This document shows, one piece after another, positions 62,476-64,000 of a stretch of DNA of 64,000 nt (position 1 is its first letter; the number at the start of each line of letters is the position of its first letter). This DNA is from Perkinsus olseni (taxonomy: Eukaryota), in contig JABANN010000003.1 of NCBI GenBank assembly GCA_013115125.1, forward strand, positions 1 to 64,000. The letters run 5' to 3'. Under the pieces are notes generated by a model that was not told the origin of the DNA, searched no databases, and saw only the letters and a program-made list of their open reading frames with translations. The translations under genes were made by a program, and so were the position numbers.

Positions 62476-64000
62476 ATGAGCGTTTCTTCCGACTTTCTGC
62501 AACCTGGTCACTGTACTGCTACTGCTGTAGATGGGGCGGCCACAGCTGACGGCGGCTGCATCGCAGCCACGAGTGCCGATGGTACCCCTTTGGACTTCCG
62601 CCTCGTGTATGCCATCCCGTCAAGCAGGATAATATTAATGCAGTGACGGTCTTCTCTAGGTACATTCCTCCGAAGACGTACGGCCCTAATGGGAAGCGAG
62701 CTATTTACAAGCAGTTCCAGGCCTATCCTCGTATCGTAGATGCGGCGAGGGCCCCCAGCTACGCCCCCACCAAGCCTGATCAGGAGCCTAGTAATCCCAT
62801 CGGTTATATCGACATGCCTGAAGGGACAACTTACGGATATTGGGAAGCTGCCTACGGCCTCATGAACGAGGCTGGTCTTTGCATGGGCGAGAGTAGCTGC
62901 AGTGGGCGTCTCGCCTCGATCCCTATAGGTGAGTGCGATTAGTCAGTAGCCTAAAGACGCGGACCAATTTTTCTGTTCCTTTTGTAGATGAAACCCCGAA
63001 CGGTGCTCTATTCTGGGTTGGAGAGCTGGCAAGCGTCGCTCTGGAGCTTTGTTCCACCGCCAGGAGTGCCATCGAAACCATGGGTCGTTTGGCAGAGGAG
63101 CACGGCTTCTACGGAACCACCGAGGTTGAGGAGGCTGGAGAGGCCTTGACTGTAGCTGACGGCGACGCGGCTTGGGTTTTCCACATCCTTGCTGACGACA
63201 CTGGTAAAGGGGCTATCTGGGCAGCCGAGAAGGTCCCTAAAGGCCACGCGACCATTGTTCCCAATGTTTTCGTCATTCGTGACATCGATCCCGAAGACAA
63301 GGAGAACTTCATGTTCTCTAAGAACATTTTTGATGTTGCGAAGAGGTAAGGTCTTCGCTGTGCTCCTAGTGTTCAGTCCTAGTGGGTTCTTTGCCTCAGG
63401 TTAGGTTGGTGGGATGGTGCTGGTCTTTTGGATTTCACCAAAACATACAGTGTTGGCGAGTGAGCTAGAAGCCTAGCGACAGAGTAGATCATCTCGAGAC
63501 TCCTAGATACACCCATCCCTATTATGCCGGTCGTCGTTTGTGGAGAGCATTTTCCTTGTGGGCCCCCTCCCAGAACTTCGATCCGAAGCTTGGCGTTGAA
63601 GTCGAGCGACCAACATACCCTTTCTCTGTGAAGCCTGATGAGCCGATAACCCTTGACCAGATGAAGAGGTTATACCGAGATCACATGGAGGGTACTCAGT
63701 ATGATTTGACCAGCCACGCGACAGCTGGCGGAGCTTTTAGAACCCCTAACACTGTTAGGCTAACAGGTAAGTTGCCCACGCTTTTTATTGGGGGTTCGAG
63801 GGGAATAATATTGTTATGTATTGGTCGTAGATACGCCGAAGGCGAAGCCGAAGATTCGATTGAGTACGGTGCCTGGGAGCGAGCGATCTCTCTTTTCCGG
63901 ACTCAGTACGCTTATATTGCTGTGAGCTACAAGGGACGTCCCGGGGTGCTCAACTTCGCCATAGGTGAGCAACATGCTCGACGTCTTTTTTATCTCATAC
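62476..64000 (+). pseudogene. Second C69 dipeptidase, intron-containing, with a 14-nt frameshifting insertion (allele may be disrupted); runs off window
   Basis: HCTATAVDGAATADGGCIAATSADG, highly similar to the 56440 copy; at least 5 GT-AG introns; the insertion at ~63752-63765 shifts the frame to a TGA at 63923-63925 if the ancestral splice sites are used. Confidence 0.7.
63745..63766. mobile_element. Putative transposon excision footprint (perfect inverted triplication of CCTAACAG)
   Basis: CCTAACA-CTGTTAGG-CTAACAG; collapsing it to a single CCTAACAG restores TPNRY as in the paralogue. Confidence 0.65.

Overview
Gene-dense, intron-rich eukaryotic DNA with mostly ~45-65 nt GT-AG introns and intergenic gaps of ~100-400 nt. 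The style suggests a Perkinsus-like alveolate (inference only). About 27 protein genes lie in same-strand blocks: WS/DGAT, a divergent actin-like protein, WDR12/Ytm1, an EDR2_C protein, LMBR1-family, CCZ1, Nup42/NUPL2, katanin p60, TBCB, a secreted tandem-domain protein, a novel repeat protein, sestrin, PIG-A, a Slo/BK-type K+ channel, a Gyp1/TBC1D22 RabGAP, AP-3 delta, two C69 dipeptidases and several hypotheticals. Gene ends come from manual splicing and are approximate where stated. The most striking unannotated signal is a recurrent 22-nt scar, X[1-7] + revcomp(X) + X[2-8] for an 8-mer X. It is perfect at 19295 and 63745 and one base off at 16146. This is the product expected if an 8-bp-TSD, hairpin-forming (hAT-type) transposon excises and the opened hairpins anneal. 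The 63745 copy frameshifts a dipeptidase whose intronless paralogue sits 4 kb upstream. No tRNA, rRNA, CRISPR array or transposase was recognised.
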